Of a DNA stretch of 64,000 nucleotides, positions 1 to 14,000 are shown one piece after another. Location of the stretch: contig JBHGNT010000016.1 of assembly GCA_043228905.1 (NCBI GenBank), forward strand, positions 2,790,001-2,854,000, given 5' to 3'. The DNA is from Azolla caroliniana. Lineage: Eukaryota; Plantae; Polypodiophyta. Made by a program: the position numbers and the translations under genes. A model generated the notes under the pieces. It made no database searches and had not been told where the DNA came from. It worked only from the letters and a program-made list of their open reading frames with translations. How positions within the stretch are numbered: position 1 is the stretch's first letter; each line of letters begins with the position of its first letter.

Positions 1-2721
1 GGAAATTTGATTCACTCACAAGGACACAAACTGTGAAGCAGCTCATGGATATGTTGAAATCTGAAGAGGGATCGTTCTTGCTATATGAGAAACTAATACA
101 ACTTTTCAATGCAAAAGATATGTGGCTGACTAATGATGAAAGTGGATGCGAGCTATATGATGTGAAGGGAAGCAAAATGCCAAAAATTGAGGGTCCGAAA
201 CCTAACACACCTAAAAAGCATTGGGTTCTTGATCAGCTTTGTGTCTTTGTCAAGCAAATGAAGGGTGAATTGGCAGTTCGGCTATCCTTACAGAAAGAAC
301 TCGTGAAGTTTCTAACTGTGAATGCACTTTTCATTGGCTCTCCGGGAACAAAATGTAAAGTTAAAGGGCTAGATGAAGAGGTTACTTTCCCACCAGCACC
401 TTTATCTGAAGATATCAGGAATGTCTGTTTAGCTCGTCTGCAAAGTCTGTTAGTGGATGTTTCACCATCAGCATCTATATCAAGAGACAAGAAAATGAAT
501 CCAGAAGATTTGCTCCTAAAGAAAGTACCTAATTCTTCTGATCTGAGATTCTTTTTTCTTGAGCTATGTAATATGCTTGAACAAATCCCAGGTGTCACAC
601 GAGTTCAACCCATTTCAAAAGATGATAGAGATGCGATTAATGCTCTTCAGTCATGTATATCCCAACTCTTTGCCGTGGTAAGCTGTGTCATCCTGTCTAG
701 ATCTGAGGCAATCAGCCTCGTCAAATTCATGTGACAAAAACAATTTTTACATTGTTTTACAGGTGAAGGAATGTGAACGTGAGAAAGTGAAAAAAATTGA
801 AGCCATGTGCTCCTTGCTCATGCAACTTCTCTTACGCTCTGTCACTTCTCAAGTTGTTGAAATTGCAGCAGATCTTATTATGTGCTGTAAAAGGGCTTTT
901 GGGGATCTGATTGATGTGGACACAGAGGGCAGCGATAATGGCGAAGAGCTTCCAAACTTCATCGATGTCCTGATTGACATCTTACTATCCTTATTGACAG
1001 AAACATCTGCGCCAATACGAGCTGCTGCTGAGCAGGTGTGAATGTTTTCTCCATTTTCATCTTTATTTTAAAAATATAACATAGAAATTGTCACTAATAT
1101 TTTTTAATTGTAGAAATATGGTATTTTGAATCTGTGAAGGTTGAATACTAATTGATAGTTTTCTGCTCACCTTTCATCTCACTTGCATTCAGCTCAATGC
1201 AAATACATATGCTTGTAACCTGAATTAATAGCTTTGTGAATCCTGATTTGGCAGGTCTTTAGATGTTTTTGCTCTGATTTAACAGAGGCATCTATGCTGA
1301 ACCTGTTAAGAGTTGTTGAAAAACAGCTTGGATATGCTAGGAGACATGCATCTATTATTCCAGACACGGGCAATGAAGATGAGGTCAATGATATTCTTGA
1401 ACTTGAAGAAACTGACGACGATGACGATGACAATGGCGACGACGACGACGACGACGAAAAAGCTACTGAGGGCAATGATGATGGTACGGATGATAGTGAA
1501 GATGAGAGTCAAGGAAAAGAGCACTCTGTTTCAGATTTGACTGCCGATAAGTCTTCTAAGAAAAAGCCAGATGCAGCAGAAGATGATCCTGAAAACAGTG
1601 GCAGTGGCAGCGATTCTGATATGGATGATGAGGCCATGTTTAGAATTGACAAACATTTGGTGAATCTGTTAAAGCAGAAAGGAGCTATAGGGGAGAAGGG
1701 AGAAGGGAAGGATGCGCAGACACAGCTCATGCATTTTAAATTTCGAGTGCTTTCACTTTTACAATTCTTTTTCCACAAGGAAAGTGATAATCCTTTATGT
1801 GTCATGGCAGTGCCTCACCTGCTTCAAGCTTTTGTAGCCTCTTCTTCTGTAGGTGGAAGCACACAACTTGCCGATAAGATCAGTTTGATACTCAAAACCG
1901 AGCTTTTTAAATCAAAGAAATACCCAAAAGGGCCAAAGCTGGATAAAAGTACTCTTGAACCCTTGCTTCAAAAATGTCTTAAGTTGTCATCAAGGTCTAA
2001 GGTCAAAAGTGTAAGAGAATTGGCTCAGGCTTGCAGCTTTTGGCTTATGAAAATTTTGAGTAGCCAGCAATTTCAGACAGCTGAAGGGAGTGTAAATATG
2101 GAAGGAACCATAAAGAAAACTGTGGATGATTTGAGAAAAGTAATTCAGGAATCTATGAATGATTTTTTCAATCACAAAAAGAGTTTTCTGAAGTTATCTT
2201 TCTTCCAAGAGATTTTTATGCGGTTTCCTGGCCTTGGGTCATCTAGCCTGGGTTTTCTTTTGGAAAGATGTGAGGATTCACGATCCGAATGTCTTAAACA
2301 TCAAGCCATAGTTTTATTGACATCAGTTTTGCAGCACAACAGCAGTCGCAAGGAGGAGATCAAGCAATTCAAAGCATGCTTAAAGGAACACATACAGATG
2401 TTGAGCAAGTTGCTGGTCTCTCTGATAGAAAAGCCTCCTAACAAACGAGCGAGGAAAGTTGAAGGTCGTCACTTCTGCCACACTCTTTTGAGAGTCATTT
2501 CACGGATATTGCCAGACAAACCCATGAAGAAAGTGATAGGAAAATCTGCTTATAATCTATGTGTAAATCATTTTGGCGCACCGTTCATGGAGAACATTTT
2601 GAAGTCATTGCCACAATCAGAACCACAAAAAACAGGGGTTGGATCAGAAAAACAATCTAAGAAGAATACATCTAAGAAGCGATCCAAGAAGAGACGGTTA
2701 GATCTTACATCAAAGGCATGA
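1..2721 (+). CDS. MYBBP1A: Myb-binding protein 1A / DNA polymerase V (Pol5)-like nucleolar protein, 3' part (5' end outside window)
   Basis: Three in-frame exons <1-677, 763-1035 and 1255-2721, joined by GT..AG introns (678-762, 1036-1254). Family-like motifs: 'DVLIDILLSLL..SAPIR..AEQVF', a long Asp/Glu tract, 'DMDDEAMFRID', 'QLMHFKFRVLSLL' and a basic C-terminal tail. Family recognised from memory, not by search. Confidence 0.85.
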
Positions 2722-4527
2722 TTTTTTTCTTTTTCTATAGGGAGCATTTAGAAGCAGTTTTGCTCGGAGATTAGGAATCTCTCTTGTAACATTCTCTACA
2801 AGAAAATTTTGGTAAGAATTGTAATAGCCTGGTCCTCACATAGGTACGTATTACTTTGCAGTAATATTTTCTGGAATTTTTTACTTTCCTGGATATTCTC
2901 GAGGTCACATAATTTGAAGATCTTTTATTTGAGAAAGAAATGATGCGAACTGTTATTATTGCCGCACAGTAGGATGGCGATGCTTTCTTGTAGTTTTTGC
3001 ATGACAGTCTGTGAGTGTTTAGACTAGTGATATTTCCGTTGACAATTTTGAATGCAACAGATCGGTAAATGATCTACAATGTGTCATTTCTTTCCTCGAT
3101 GCGAAATAAAGGCAGCAGCCAAATAACCTTACATGTGGCTTGCTAAGCAATTTATTATGAGCTTTTGGTATTTTTAATTGGTTAATTGTTGGCAATTTTC
3201 TTATCCCTATATTTTGTATGCATCATATTTTGACAGTGCAATTTTTATAAATTTCCAGCTAACGTGACATGAAATAATCAACATGAACTAAGGGGAAATT
3301 TTGGGATTATCATACTAAGAGCTACACAACAATGAATCATTGCATTTGTGCTCATCATTCATGTTTAATATGTCTATCCAATTGCAAGAAATACATCCTT
3401 TTTGGAAGGTGGCTGTCCAATTGATTGAGTATGTTGTATACTCAATATTGTGATGGCATAATGCTTTTCGTCTACCCTTATATTTGAGGGGTTGATATGT
3501 CCCCAATTATCACTAAGTGAAAAGGTGCAAAGTATTCTCATAATGGGCACTACTAGATATTGTGATTATATATAGTAATAGTTGCATTAATACTGTGAAT
3601 AGGGAAGACATTGCTTTTGGATGACTTGTAAGTTGTGACAATACTCCAACGAAGATATTAGTAGCTCTAAGAAAACAAAGGCATGTTCCACAAAAAAGGT
3701 TTGAAAATGAACAAAACTTTGGATACCTGTATTGCTCATTGATTCTACCATAGTGTTAAGGTAAAAAAATGTCATAGAGTAACCATAACGAACAATTGTT
3801 ATGGAATTGCCATCAATCTAATTTGTTGTTTGTTAAAGAAGATATATGTTTTAGTTGCTTGGCTTGCTATACATATTTGGTTCACTACTTCAAGCATTAG
3901 CACCATGACATTCAACTTCAATGGTGCACCATTGAAGTCGTGAGTAAGTGTCAAAAGATATTGAAATAGAGAAAAATGGATAAAGGCCCCAAACTCATAG
4001 ATATAATTGTTGGAATGATTTGAGACCCTTCTTGGCCAATAATATGTAGCAATGCTCTATCAATATTTGCAATACAATTGGCAAAGTTCTTAGAAAAAGA
4101 CCATGTTGAAAAAGACTAGACCGTTCTCGTAAAGGTTTCCACACAAATAAATAACAAAGCACACATATTGGAGGAATTATAAGGTACAAACATACTCAAG
4201 AACCTAATAATGGCCACCAGGTAATGCAATACAACCATTAGTCCGAACTTTACGGTTTCCATACAAATATGAGCACGCTAGGGTGGTAGGGGGGCTTGGC
4301 TAGCTCAGCTAGCCATGGTAAGTTAACATGCATTGTCCCCTCCTTGCACATGCATCAAGCAAGCGAGTAATACGGATGGGCAAAACATCCAGATCAATGC
4401 ACCATGATGGCGATATGTTACGAGCAACGATCTTTACACAAGGTCTGCACAATCACACGCACACGCACATGCACACATGAACAAGGAAGCAAGCGAGAGT
4501 GATATGGAGACCTTTGTGTGGCACACT

Positions 4528-4555
4528 AGAGAGAGAGAGAGAGAGAGAGAGAGAG
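4528..4555. repeat. (GA)n microsatellite
   Basis: Pure AG dinucleotide run upstream of the WD40 gene. Confidence 0.9.
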
Positions 4556-4792
4556 GCAGGGCAGGACACAAGAGGGTTTTTGAAGGTGTGCTTCCTTTTT
4601 TTCTAACGCCCATTTCCTTCTTTTATACCTGCCTGCCTTCTATTCATCCTCCTCCTCCCTCACCCACAGGCCCATAGGCAGGCCACAGGAGAGGGAAGGA
4701 GAGAGACAGAGAGACGGCCCCTAGAACCCGCAGAGAAAGGAAGAAAGAAACAGAGGAGGTCCCAGTACAAGAAAATAAGAAACAGGAGAGGT

Positions 4793-4795
<3 letters not shown>

Positions 4796-4850
<55 letters not shown>

Positions 4851-4866
4851 GAAGAAGAAGAAGAAA
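4796..4866. repeat. (GA)n followed by (GAA)n microsatellite in the probable 5' UTR
   Basis: About 25 AG units then GAA units directly upstream of the WD40 first coding exon. Confidence 0.9.
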
Positions 4867-4933
4867 GAACAAGGTAGAACCAGGGAAGGTGTCAAAGAGA
4901 GCGAGAGGTTGAGAGTATATATAGATATTAAAA

Positions 4934-7900
4934 CTGGCTTCTTCAGGAGGAGGAGAAGTGGTCGTGGTTTCTTCTCCTGTGGATGCTGGAATCACTATTT
5001 ATGACTTGGGTTCAGGCGCCGAGGTTGCACATCTCAAGTCATGCGCCTCTCATCGCAATGCCCTCGCCCCTGTCGGACACTCTTTCATCGCCGCCTCTCA
5101 GGTCTCCAAGCAACCAGGTTCCTCTTCTTCTTCAACATCTGGCGGTGGTGCCATCTTCCTCTGGGCTTGGAACAAGGTTTCATTCTTTCTCTATTCCAAT
5201 CAATCATAATTTGCATTCAGAATAACAACTTTCATTAGTGATCCAATTTATCTCAATCTAGTTGAATTTTCATTTGGTTATGTTGAATGATCGGAGGCAT
5301 TTTATGCATTTATTACTAACGTTTATTTTTCTCGGACGTAATAGTCATTTGTAGGCATTACTTGTTTGAATCCCCTCAATCAAATTGGATTTTGATGATA
5401 TGAACCGTTTTTGTATTCTGTATAATTTTGTGTTTGTTATGAGCATTAAGTAGAACTAGCTATCGGATAGTGACAATCAAATTGGATTTGAATGAAAATC
5501 TATATGCTATGTATAAAGCAGTAAGTAAAACAGGCTATTGAACACTCAATCAAATTGGATTTGGATGAAAATTTTGTGTATTCTTTGAATGCAACTTTAA
5601 AGGCCGAATATGAGAAGATTTGCATTTATCTTAAAACCCAATTGAAGAAGCTTTTGATGAATCAATGGGTTAACATTCCACCAGCGTAAGGTTAATGCAT
5701 TGAGTTTGTGGTTGATGACAGCAAACTTAATCTGATATGATTTGGGTAGAGATTGACAGACATCCATACTCCTTAGTTTGCTAAATGGGCTTCCTTGAAC
5801 ACGAATTTAAGGCATGTTTTATATTTTAACATTTTTACTTCCTAAAATCTGTATATAGGCATTTTTGAGAAATCTCTTTATCCTATTTGTATTGAAACTA
5901 TCTTGCGGATATATGAATTTTGAAGCAAAAAGGTATATGCCACACTGATGTCACACTATAATTTTTATGTTTAAAGATTTGAGTAAATTGGATGTGAAGT
6001 ATTCTGATAATTATATACCATTCAACGATATTTTAGTTTGGATTCGTTTTGTGTTCCTTGTTTGTTTATGAATGCGGATATGTGGCAAGAACTAAGCTCT
6101 GCTCTTTCTTGCAGCCACAACCTGAGTTCAAAAGCTATCCTGTGGAACCTGTAGGACCTCTTGCATGTACAGGTGATGGATCATACATTGTTGGTGGAGG
6201 TGTTTCTGGAAGAATATATATCTGGGAGGTAATTTCAAGATCTGTTTTTCGTAAATATAGTTCTGATCATTGCTTAATATATTTTAGGAACTCTCTTTTT
6301 GTTATAGTGAAAGTAAATGGTAGATAAAAAACATTCTCATGGTCGCTGAATAGGATGACTTGTTAGATGGGCATTCTATGTATTTTATGTGTATGTGTGC
6401 ACATATATGCATGTGGTGCTTATGTGTAATGTGTATATTTTGCGTTGATGTATGATTATGTGTGTTTAGTGATTGTGTGTGCTTCATGTGTGTTAATGTC
6501 CCCATCACTGGAAGCTTTACAATGAATTTTCAATTCTTTAGTAATAAGTGCATAAACTATTCCTATTTGGACTTTTTGTAAGTTTCCTGTTGTTTTTGGA
6601 TGATTGAATAAGTCATTAGAGGATGTTCTATGCTGCTGGAAAATGTGTTTACCGTGTGGATTACGGAAAATGCATGTAAATGCAATTTTATTACTATTTG
6701 AAGGTGGATGTTTGAAATTGTGAATGCAATCTCAAGTCATTTAAACTGATACTACGAAAATTGCCACTCTCTGTATAATTTTTATTGATTACATGTAGAA
6801 TTTATGATGATAACTTTAAATCCATTATCCTTGTCAAGTTAATGGCTGACTTCTGACATCTATAGGAACTATTGTTTCAGGTATTTATATGGTTGCATTT
6901 AGAAGTATATCAAGGAAGCTTCATTTTATTAAATCAAAAACATGAAAGCATGTTTGTCTTTCATGTTTTTGATTGGTGTAGAATTCATGATCCTGCCTTT
7001 AAACCTCATCAATATTTATATCTAGAAAAACATGGTTCAGTTGATAAGCTTCTATTTAGAAGCATTGGCCCTGAATTGACAGAATTGCGAACTTAGTCTC
7101 ACCAGGCAGTTTGAATAGGGATTCAAAGGATTCTCATTTTAATGATGAAAATTAATACAAGCATAACTTACGCAAGATTAAATATTAATGGAATGGCTTG
7201 ATGATTGTAGAAAAACATTGACGTATTAACTAATGCAGAAGACGTTAACATTTCCACTCTTGAGTACTTTGTGTGAATTGGCAAGAAAACTCTTGGTATA
7301 AGCTCTTTAATTTCACATGGTTAAACCAAGTCAAATTACCAATTACTTCCTATGGTGATTGTCTATGGAAATTCAAGAAAGATCACAGTCCATATCTTTG
7401 TCATGGATTAAGTACATCTCTTTTCCATATGCTAATATCGATAGATAGTGTGAGAACATAGTACGCAGGCAAATGTTAAAAGCTAGTCTTAAGTGTTTTC
7501 ATGTGCAAATGTGTGATATTTTCAGGCATCTACATGTTTTTGGTTATATAGGTTATGCTTCCAACATTTGTTTTGCTCAGGTTTCAACTGGGAGACTTCT
7601 CAGAGTTTGGTCTGCTCATTATAAGCCTGTGACATGTCTTGTTTTTTCCGAGGATGAATCCTTGCTAATATCTGGAGCAGATGATGGGTTTGTAAATGTA
7701 TGGCCTCTGTTAAGGTAAGAATTTTAATGGAAGTTCATAGAGAGCGCAAATAATCAATTTGATAGTAATGTTAAAAGGGTTTGTTTGTTTCATAAGCTGT
7801 AAATTTGTCATCTACCATGAAGATCATGATTTAGAAAAAAGAAAGTTCTAGTAGAGGAGACTTAAATGAAACATTGAAAAGGCAAATGACATATGCATGG

Positions 7901-10113
7901 TTTGATGGAGAGATGAATATGTATAAACTCAAGAGACCTACACATTATAATATCTAAAACTTCGATTGTAAAACATGATATGCAAATGATATTCAGAGCA
8001 TTTGACACATCTGAGAAAGTTCAGAAAGTGTAGTTTATTGTAATATGATGTTGGTAACTCTGTTAGTAGTATAGGTGTTTCGGTAATCGGGCACTTCTGG
8101 ATGATGGAGGAAATTTAAAAAGGAAATGGGTGCTTCATGTTTGTTTGTTTTTGTTTTGTGCTTGTTTAATTGTCTCCTAATACATGTTTTAAGAACATGA
8201 TGATTCATTTATCAGGGTCTTGGATATTTCAGAAGATGGAGGAGGGGCTCAAGGGAAAACACAAGTTAATTACCTGTATACATGGTCAGGTCACACCTTG
8301 GGAGTAACAGGGTTGTTTTGTGGATGCGGTGGATCCAGTGCAATTGTAGTATCATGCTCGCTTGATACTCTCTGTAAGGTACACATTAATTTTAGCTTAT
8401 GTATATCTTATTGTAATCATTTTTCTGGATGAGACATAATCATGATATTTTTTTGGGCTTTTGTAGGTTTTGAATGTCTATCTAGTAGTGTATTTATTTA
8501 GAGATGTGGTTTGGAGTTTTGAAGACCTACTAGTGTATTTATTTATAGATGGTCTTCTGGATTTGTAAAGTTCTGGTAGTGTATTTGTAGATGTGTTTTT
8601 GAAGTTTTGAAGATCTAGTATTGTATTTATATAAGTCTATTATTTTATAGATGTGAAATATTGCTGTGATTTGTTCAGGTATGGAGTTTAGCATTGGGAA
8701 GTCTCCTCCGGACCATCAAGTTTCCCAGTGCAATTAACACTGTTATTCTTGATCCAGGCGAATATTCGTTATATGCAGGCAGTAGTGATGGCAGGATATT
8801 TGTAACTGCTCTAAATTTTGGGGTACCATCTGCCTCAGGGATCAGTCCAGATGGCATGGTCTCCTTCCTTGTTGGCCATAGGTAATGGATTATTTCTCCT
8901 TTCTTTGATTTGTTTCTTTGTCTTTAATAGTCTTTTGCTCATATCCATCATATACTGACTTGTGAATCATGCTTGTTGTATGCATGTATAGATTATATCA
9001 AAGAGTACTTACTGTGTAGAGTTGATTGTAGATTTGTGTTATGTGTTATAGTTTTTAAATAGGCTTTAGGGTGGGTTTGTTTCTCTATTTCATTTTTTTG
9101 TTAATTTGTGTTGCAATAGTGGTCCTGTAACGGCACTTGCTTTCAGCATGGATGGACTTTCTTTAGCTTCAGCATCAGAAGATTGCACAGTATGTCTTTG
9201 GGATACTGCTAGCTGCCAAACACTTCGTGTTTTTAAACATAACAAAGGTATTTTTTTCCTTTCTTTTTTGATACATCTTGTTTATTAACGCACCAGTTCA
9301 AGAAAACCAAATTCTCTAAAAATGTCTCCCAGAGCATATTAGAGCTAGGTCATTTAATAGAATGAGAGCAAAGGGTTCTCTATATAGACCCGTTGAAAAT
9401 CCCAAATTCTCATGTATAGTTATTATTTTTCCTTTTCATAATATATGAGTTGACAGATTCGTAGTTTTGATTTTTTGTAGGACCTTTAAGCAGCTTGCTA
9501 ATTTTACCGAGACCCTCAAGTTTACAACAAGGATTGATTGTCGATTCACAAACTAATTTTGCGAATAAACGCTCATCGTTTGTGATCGCACCATTAAACA
9601 AGTATATTGCAGCTGATTCGGCATCCACAGATTTAATGACACATTCTTCATCTGCTTCATACAAGGGACCAATCGTGGCTCTTCCATCAGATTGCAATAA
9701 TCGGGACAGAAACACTGATTTGGATCAACTCACACATAGTCTGAAAGCAATGGAAAATCAAATCAAAGAATTCGAGGTGTGCACTGGCACTATATATATT
9801 TTTCCCTTTAATATGTTGGTACTGCCAGAGCATTATTATAGGTATTACTTGTCGGGTTTTTTTGTCATAGCAACAAGGATCAACGGCTGCGATGCAATTG
9901 GAGCTGGAGAGGCTGCGGTCAGATCGTCGTCGTGCCCTCATCATGATCCAGCAGTGGCAGCAGGTTCACCAGGATCTCTACTATTTTTGTGTGGAAGAGT
10001 TGATGGGTGGCAAGAGGGAAAGAGAAGGAGAGGATGATAATGAGAAAGAAAGAGAACGAGAGAAGGGGAAGAAAGGGCGGAATAATAAAGTAGTCACTGT
10101 GAAGCCACGATGA
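4934..10113 (+). CDS. RID3: WD40-repeat protein ROOT INITIATION DEFECTIVE 3 / IPI3 / WDR18-like (Rix1 complex, pre-60S processing)
   Basis: Eight phase-consistent exons with GT..AG introns: 4934?-5176, 6115-6228, 7581-7714, 8216-8378, 8679-8881, 9120-9247, 9481-9776, 9871-10113. Motifs 'KSYPVEP', 'GGGVSGRIYIWEV.TGRLLRVWSAHYKPVTCLVFSEDESLLISGADDG' and a C-terminal coiled coil 'ELERL..QQWQQVHQDLY' match RID3. The start codon is uncertain (CTG at 4934, see findings). Confidence 0.88.
8480..8650. repeat. Degenerate ~45-bp intronic tandem repeat (about 4 units)
   Basis: Recurring 'tagtgtatttatt..agatg...tttgaag' in intron 4 of the WD40 gene. Confidence 0.6.
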
Positions 10114-10817
10114 AAATAAAGAAGGGAAAATCGTGAAGCTGTTGGCGTCTTGTGAAAGATGAAGTGCCGGCATCACATGTAAGATGAACATAAATTATTG
10201 ATTTTCTTGGATTTTGTTTAGGGTAGGATAAAAAAGCAAAACAACTGACAACAAAAAAGCAACTTATTAGCTTTCTTTAAATGATTAATATGAGCAAAAA
10301 TGCCGCATGGCAATTACGGCCGAAATAGTTACAAAAGAGTCTCAAAATGCATAGAACTCTTTTTTGGGGAAGCTTTCTCCTGCCTCAAATATTTTGGTAA
10401 TTTTGTAAAGGTCTCTCAAAGGAGGGTTCGAGAGAAAGCAATGCCAATGAGAAGAAGCCTAACATGTAATGGAAGTTCATAAAACATTTTTTGTGTTTTT
10501 TTTATCCTTGTATAGCATCTGTTGTATAAAGTTGTCCACAAACCTCTCATATCCAAAACCATTGTCATGTAGAAGTAATTGTTGCACAATGATCCTCTAA
10601 CCCAACAGTGTAGTTGTTCAGTGACTCCAACTTTTGAGCACTGTGCTGTGCGACACATCACTCTTATATTCCTCGATATATATATATATCCAAGTTATTC
10701 GCTAAAATTGATCAATAATGATAACAAAATATTTGGATATTGTGCTGGTCCCCAAGCCTTGGTATATTACTTGAGGTTGAGAGGATATTATGACAATGTA
10801 TCTCATAATGCAGATAT

Positions 10818-11068
10818 CCATGGTTTCAACTTGTTAAAGATTGGCAAAATTCTTATATGCCCCTTCATGCACATGTGAGTTAACCTAAACATTTCTTTGT
10901 TATGATGGACCAAACACTTTTGCTTCACATATCCAATGCAAACCATGGTTTCAACTTGTTAAAGATCGGCAAAATTCTTATATGGCCATTCATGCACATG
11001 TGAGTTAACCTAAACATTGCTTTGTTATGATGGACCAAACACTTTTGCTTCACATATCCAATGCAAAC
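10818..11068. repeat. 125-bp tandem duplication (2 copies)
   Basis: 'ccatggtttcaacttgttaaagat...cacatatccaatgcaaa' starts at 10818 and again at 10943, with a few substitutions. Confidence 0.9.
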
Positions 11069-14000
11069 ACGCGATGAATTGTACTTCCAATGAAATAATT
11101 TCACAACCATCATTTGTGAATCATGCATTTGGTTACTTTTAATAGAAATTTAATATGTCTAGTCCAAAATCACACAAAGGCTCTCATAAACATTGTGAGA
11201 TGAGAGGCCTATACAAATATTTGGTGTCAAGTGCATGCCCAACACCAATCATCTCAATGGTCACATATTAAAGTCTCTCTTAATGGAGAATGTACACTAT
11301 ATGTTTGTTATATTATATTTGTTATAATGATGAATGTACACTCAAATTGTAAGTCCAGTTTGTGTGATACCAACATCTATCATTTTGAATTATCAAATAC
11401 GGAACATTTATGAAAGCAAATAATCTCTCTTTTCAAAGAGAAAACCCTTGTGTTTGAGATTTTGTAGATTCGCCTAAGAAACAACTACACCATCCAAATG
11501 AAGAAAATCTTTTGCTTTTTCCAATAGCATCCTCAAAATAATTGGTATCACAAGGAATGTAATGAGACACATTTGCAACTTCGAGTGAATGTAAGCCAAG
11601 GGGATATTACATAACGTATGGCATGTAAGAAAATGAGAACCCATTCATACCAAAAGATGCACCTATGATGAAGAACAACTTTGGGATTTATACCACCTCA
11701 TCATGAGTAGAAACTATGCCAATCATGAGTAAAAACTATGACATTCTTATGTAGAAACTCCAATGACACGATCAATAGCATCTTGCCCCACTACCACTAC
11801 TATCTTCACCCCCATCCAATTTCTTCCCACACGGGGACTCATTTGACCACATAGGATTACAAAGATAGGCACAAAAGAAGTTATTTGTGTGGATGCTTTG
11901 TAGATATTATACCAAGGGAATGTCTCCCATAAGGACTCGGTTGGAGATATATGCACAATATAAAAGAGTGTTGGGACAAACTTAACAGCCAAAGCGACAA
12001 TTTGAGGTCATCACAAGCACCACCTTGTGAATCCACAATGCCACTCTTTAGAAACTACTCAATGTGCTAACATCACTTGTGAAGACCAACCCAATCATCC
12101 AAATTGAATTGCTTGCACCCCCCCATCAATCTAATCCAAACCATGCCATCTCAAAGAATTACAAAATGATTGCACTACTTATTGGTGATGAATTCTTAGC
12201 ATCGACATCAAGAACTTGCCAACCTTTCTGATACCATATACTCTTGAAAATGAACGAACAAAACATCCTACTCGTGGAGATCAAAGTTTCAAAGTGTGTG
12301 ATGTCCACCGAGGCACAAATTGTTTATTGAGAAAAAGGAACATTTTGTGTAGTTGCCTACCACCCTCAATTGGAAACGCTTAAAACGTATGGGTTGCAAT
12401 AGAAATTATACATTGATAATGGACATTGGAGATCATTATTTGACTTGCTTGATGCACTAAGGTTCATTGAATTGCACATTGTTCATGTCTTCATAAGTTC
12501 ATTCCACTGAAGCAATCAACCTTGGATACAATGTCCAACCACAACTATCAACCCATACATAGTAGTTACGCACATCAAGCTTGTAAACCATCTCTAGAAT
12601 CATTCCACCACATGCATTAAGTGGTTTTATTCTAATCAAGTATGGATGCCCCATATTTGTAATCATGATTTGTTGATATGTTAGCATAAGTTAATTTCTC
12701 TCATGTGGATACAACAAATCACAATTGATGTGAGACAACCTTGATAAGTTTGCGAGAAGATTTACTTGAATGGATATGGCAATAAATAGAGTAAACTAAT
12801 TATAGTAATGGCATCCCACTAAGATTCAATAGCATTAGGCAATCCATACCAAATAATAAGGGTGGGAACAATGTTCAATTCTCCTTATGAAGTGATAAAA
12901 TACCCTACTGTCTAAAAAAGGAGGATATTTTAGAGTTGCAAAAAGTTTATACTGGAAACTAGTAAAAGACATTTCCCTTGGCAAGAGTATATGCAAATGC
13001 TTTCTAATCATTATAGACCTGTACTTGTGATAATTGAACTTGTATAATTCGGTAGTTACAATGATAGGAATTTGGCAATTCTCTTCACCATAAGGACCTT
13101 TTAGAAATTTCATGTAAAATGAGCGATGCTTTCATAAATTCCACTTATTGAATACTTGATTGAGGCATGGAAACTACTCTCACAGCGTTTCTGTCATCTC
13201 CTTCAAGCATAGATGGAAAAATTAGTAATGAAGACAACAGTTTATTAATGACTCCCACAGTTTTAACCTCCTCCATCACAAAGGAAGCTTGCCCGACAGC
13301 ACCAACCTTGTTAATGAACTTGGATTTGTTCCTTTTTATTCCAGAATTAAGGGCAAGATGTTCCGATGGAGCGTGGATCTCATAGGTAATCAAAAGAAGA
13401 GCCTCATAAACTCTATTTATCGGTCTTTGAGTTTATTCCGTTTTTCTTCTTTGGCTAATACTTCTTGCACATCCCAACCTTCGATTCATCCACCATCATG
13501 TAGCAACCCAATAAACTGAAGTTTATAATTGTCTATCTTGGTTTACCTTCAAATACATCTAATAACCCTTTCCTTATGCTCTACTTAATCGATAAATCTC
13601 TGCAATGGGGATGTGCTCCATTTCTTGGATGAAACATTACTTACTTTTAGAGCACAACCTTATTTGTACAAAAAATGAAAGAGAATTTATAATTGTTCAT
13701 GTCCATGTCCTGATCCTGAACCTCACAAAAGTGAATAAGTGGATAATTTAAAAGTGAATATATCCTGACTCTTACAAAATCTCTTTGATTCATAAGTCCA
13801 TTGAGAAGGCAAAACAATACCCCATTTTACATAATGGTATCCATATGAGGGATATAGAAACACTTCAATAACTTTGAGTTATGTTAGCTCAGTTAGTTTA
13901 AATCTAGTTTTGGATTTCTTACAGACATGACGGAATGAATCAATTCTTTTACAATCTCCAACCATTGATCCCAAGTCGCATTCGAAAATATGCTATACTA

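Noticed and set aside
1400-1510. GAC/GAT trinucleotide run
   Set aside because: Encodes the acidic tract expected in MYBBP1A/Pol5 proteins; not a separate feature.
3200-4260. Possible decayed DNA-transposon coding remnant between the first two genes
   Set aside because: Only short ORFs with no recognisable motif, TIR or TSD; cannot be supported without a search.
5375-5575. Three copies of CAATCAAATTGGATTT in WD40 intron 1
   Set aside because: Looks like an old local duplication in AT-rich intron sequence; no box C/D, H/ACA or hairpin evidence for an ncRNA.
11450-13600. Possible highly eroded retroelement pol (e.g. 'IKYGCP' near 12635)
   Set aside because: Motif hints are too short and frames too broken to assign by eye; needs a profile search.
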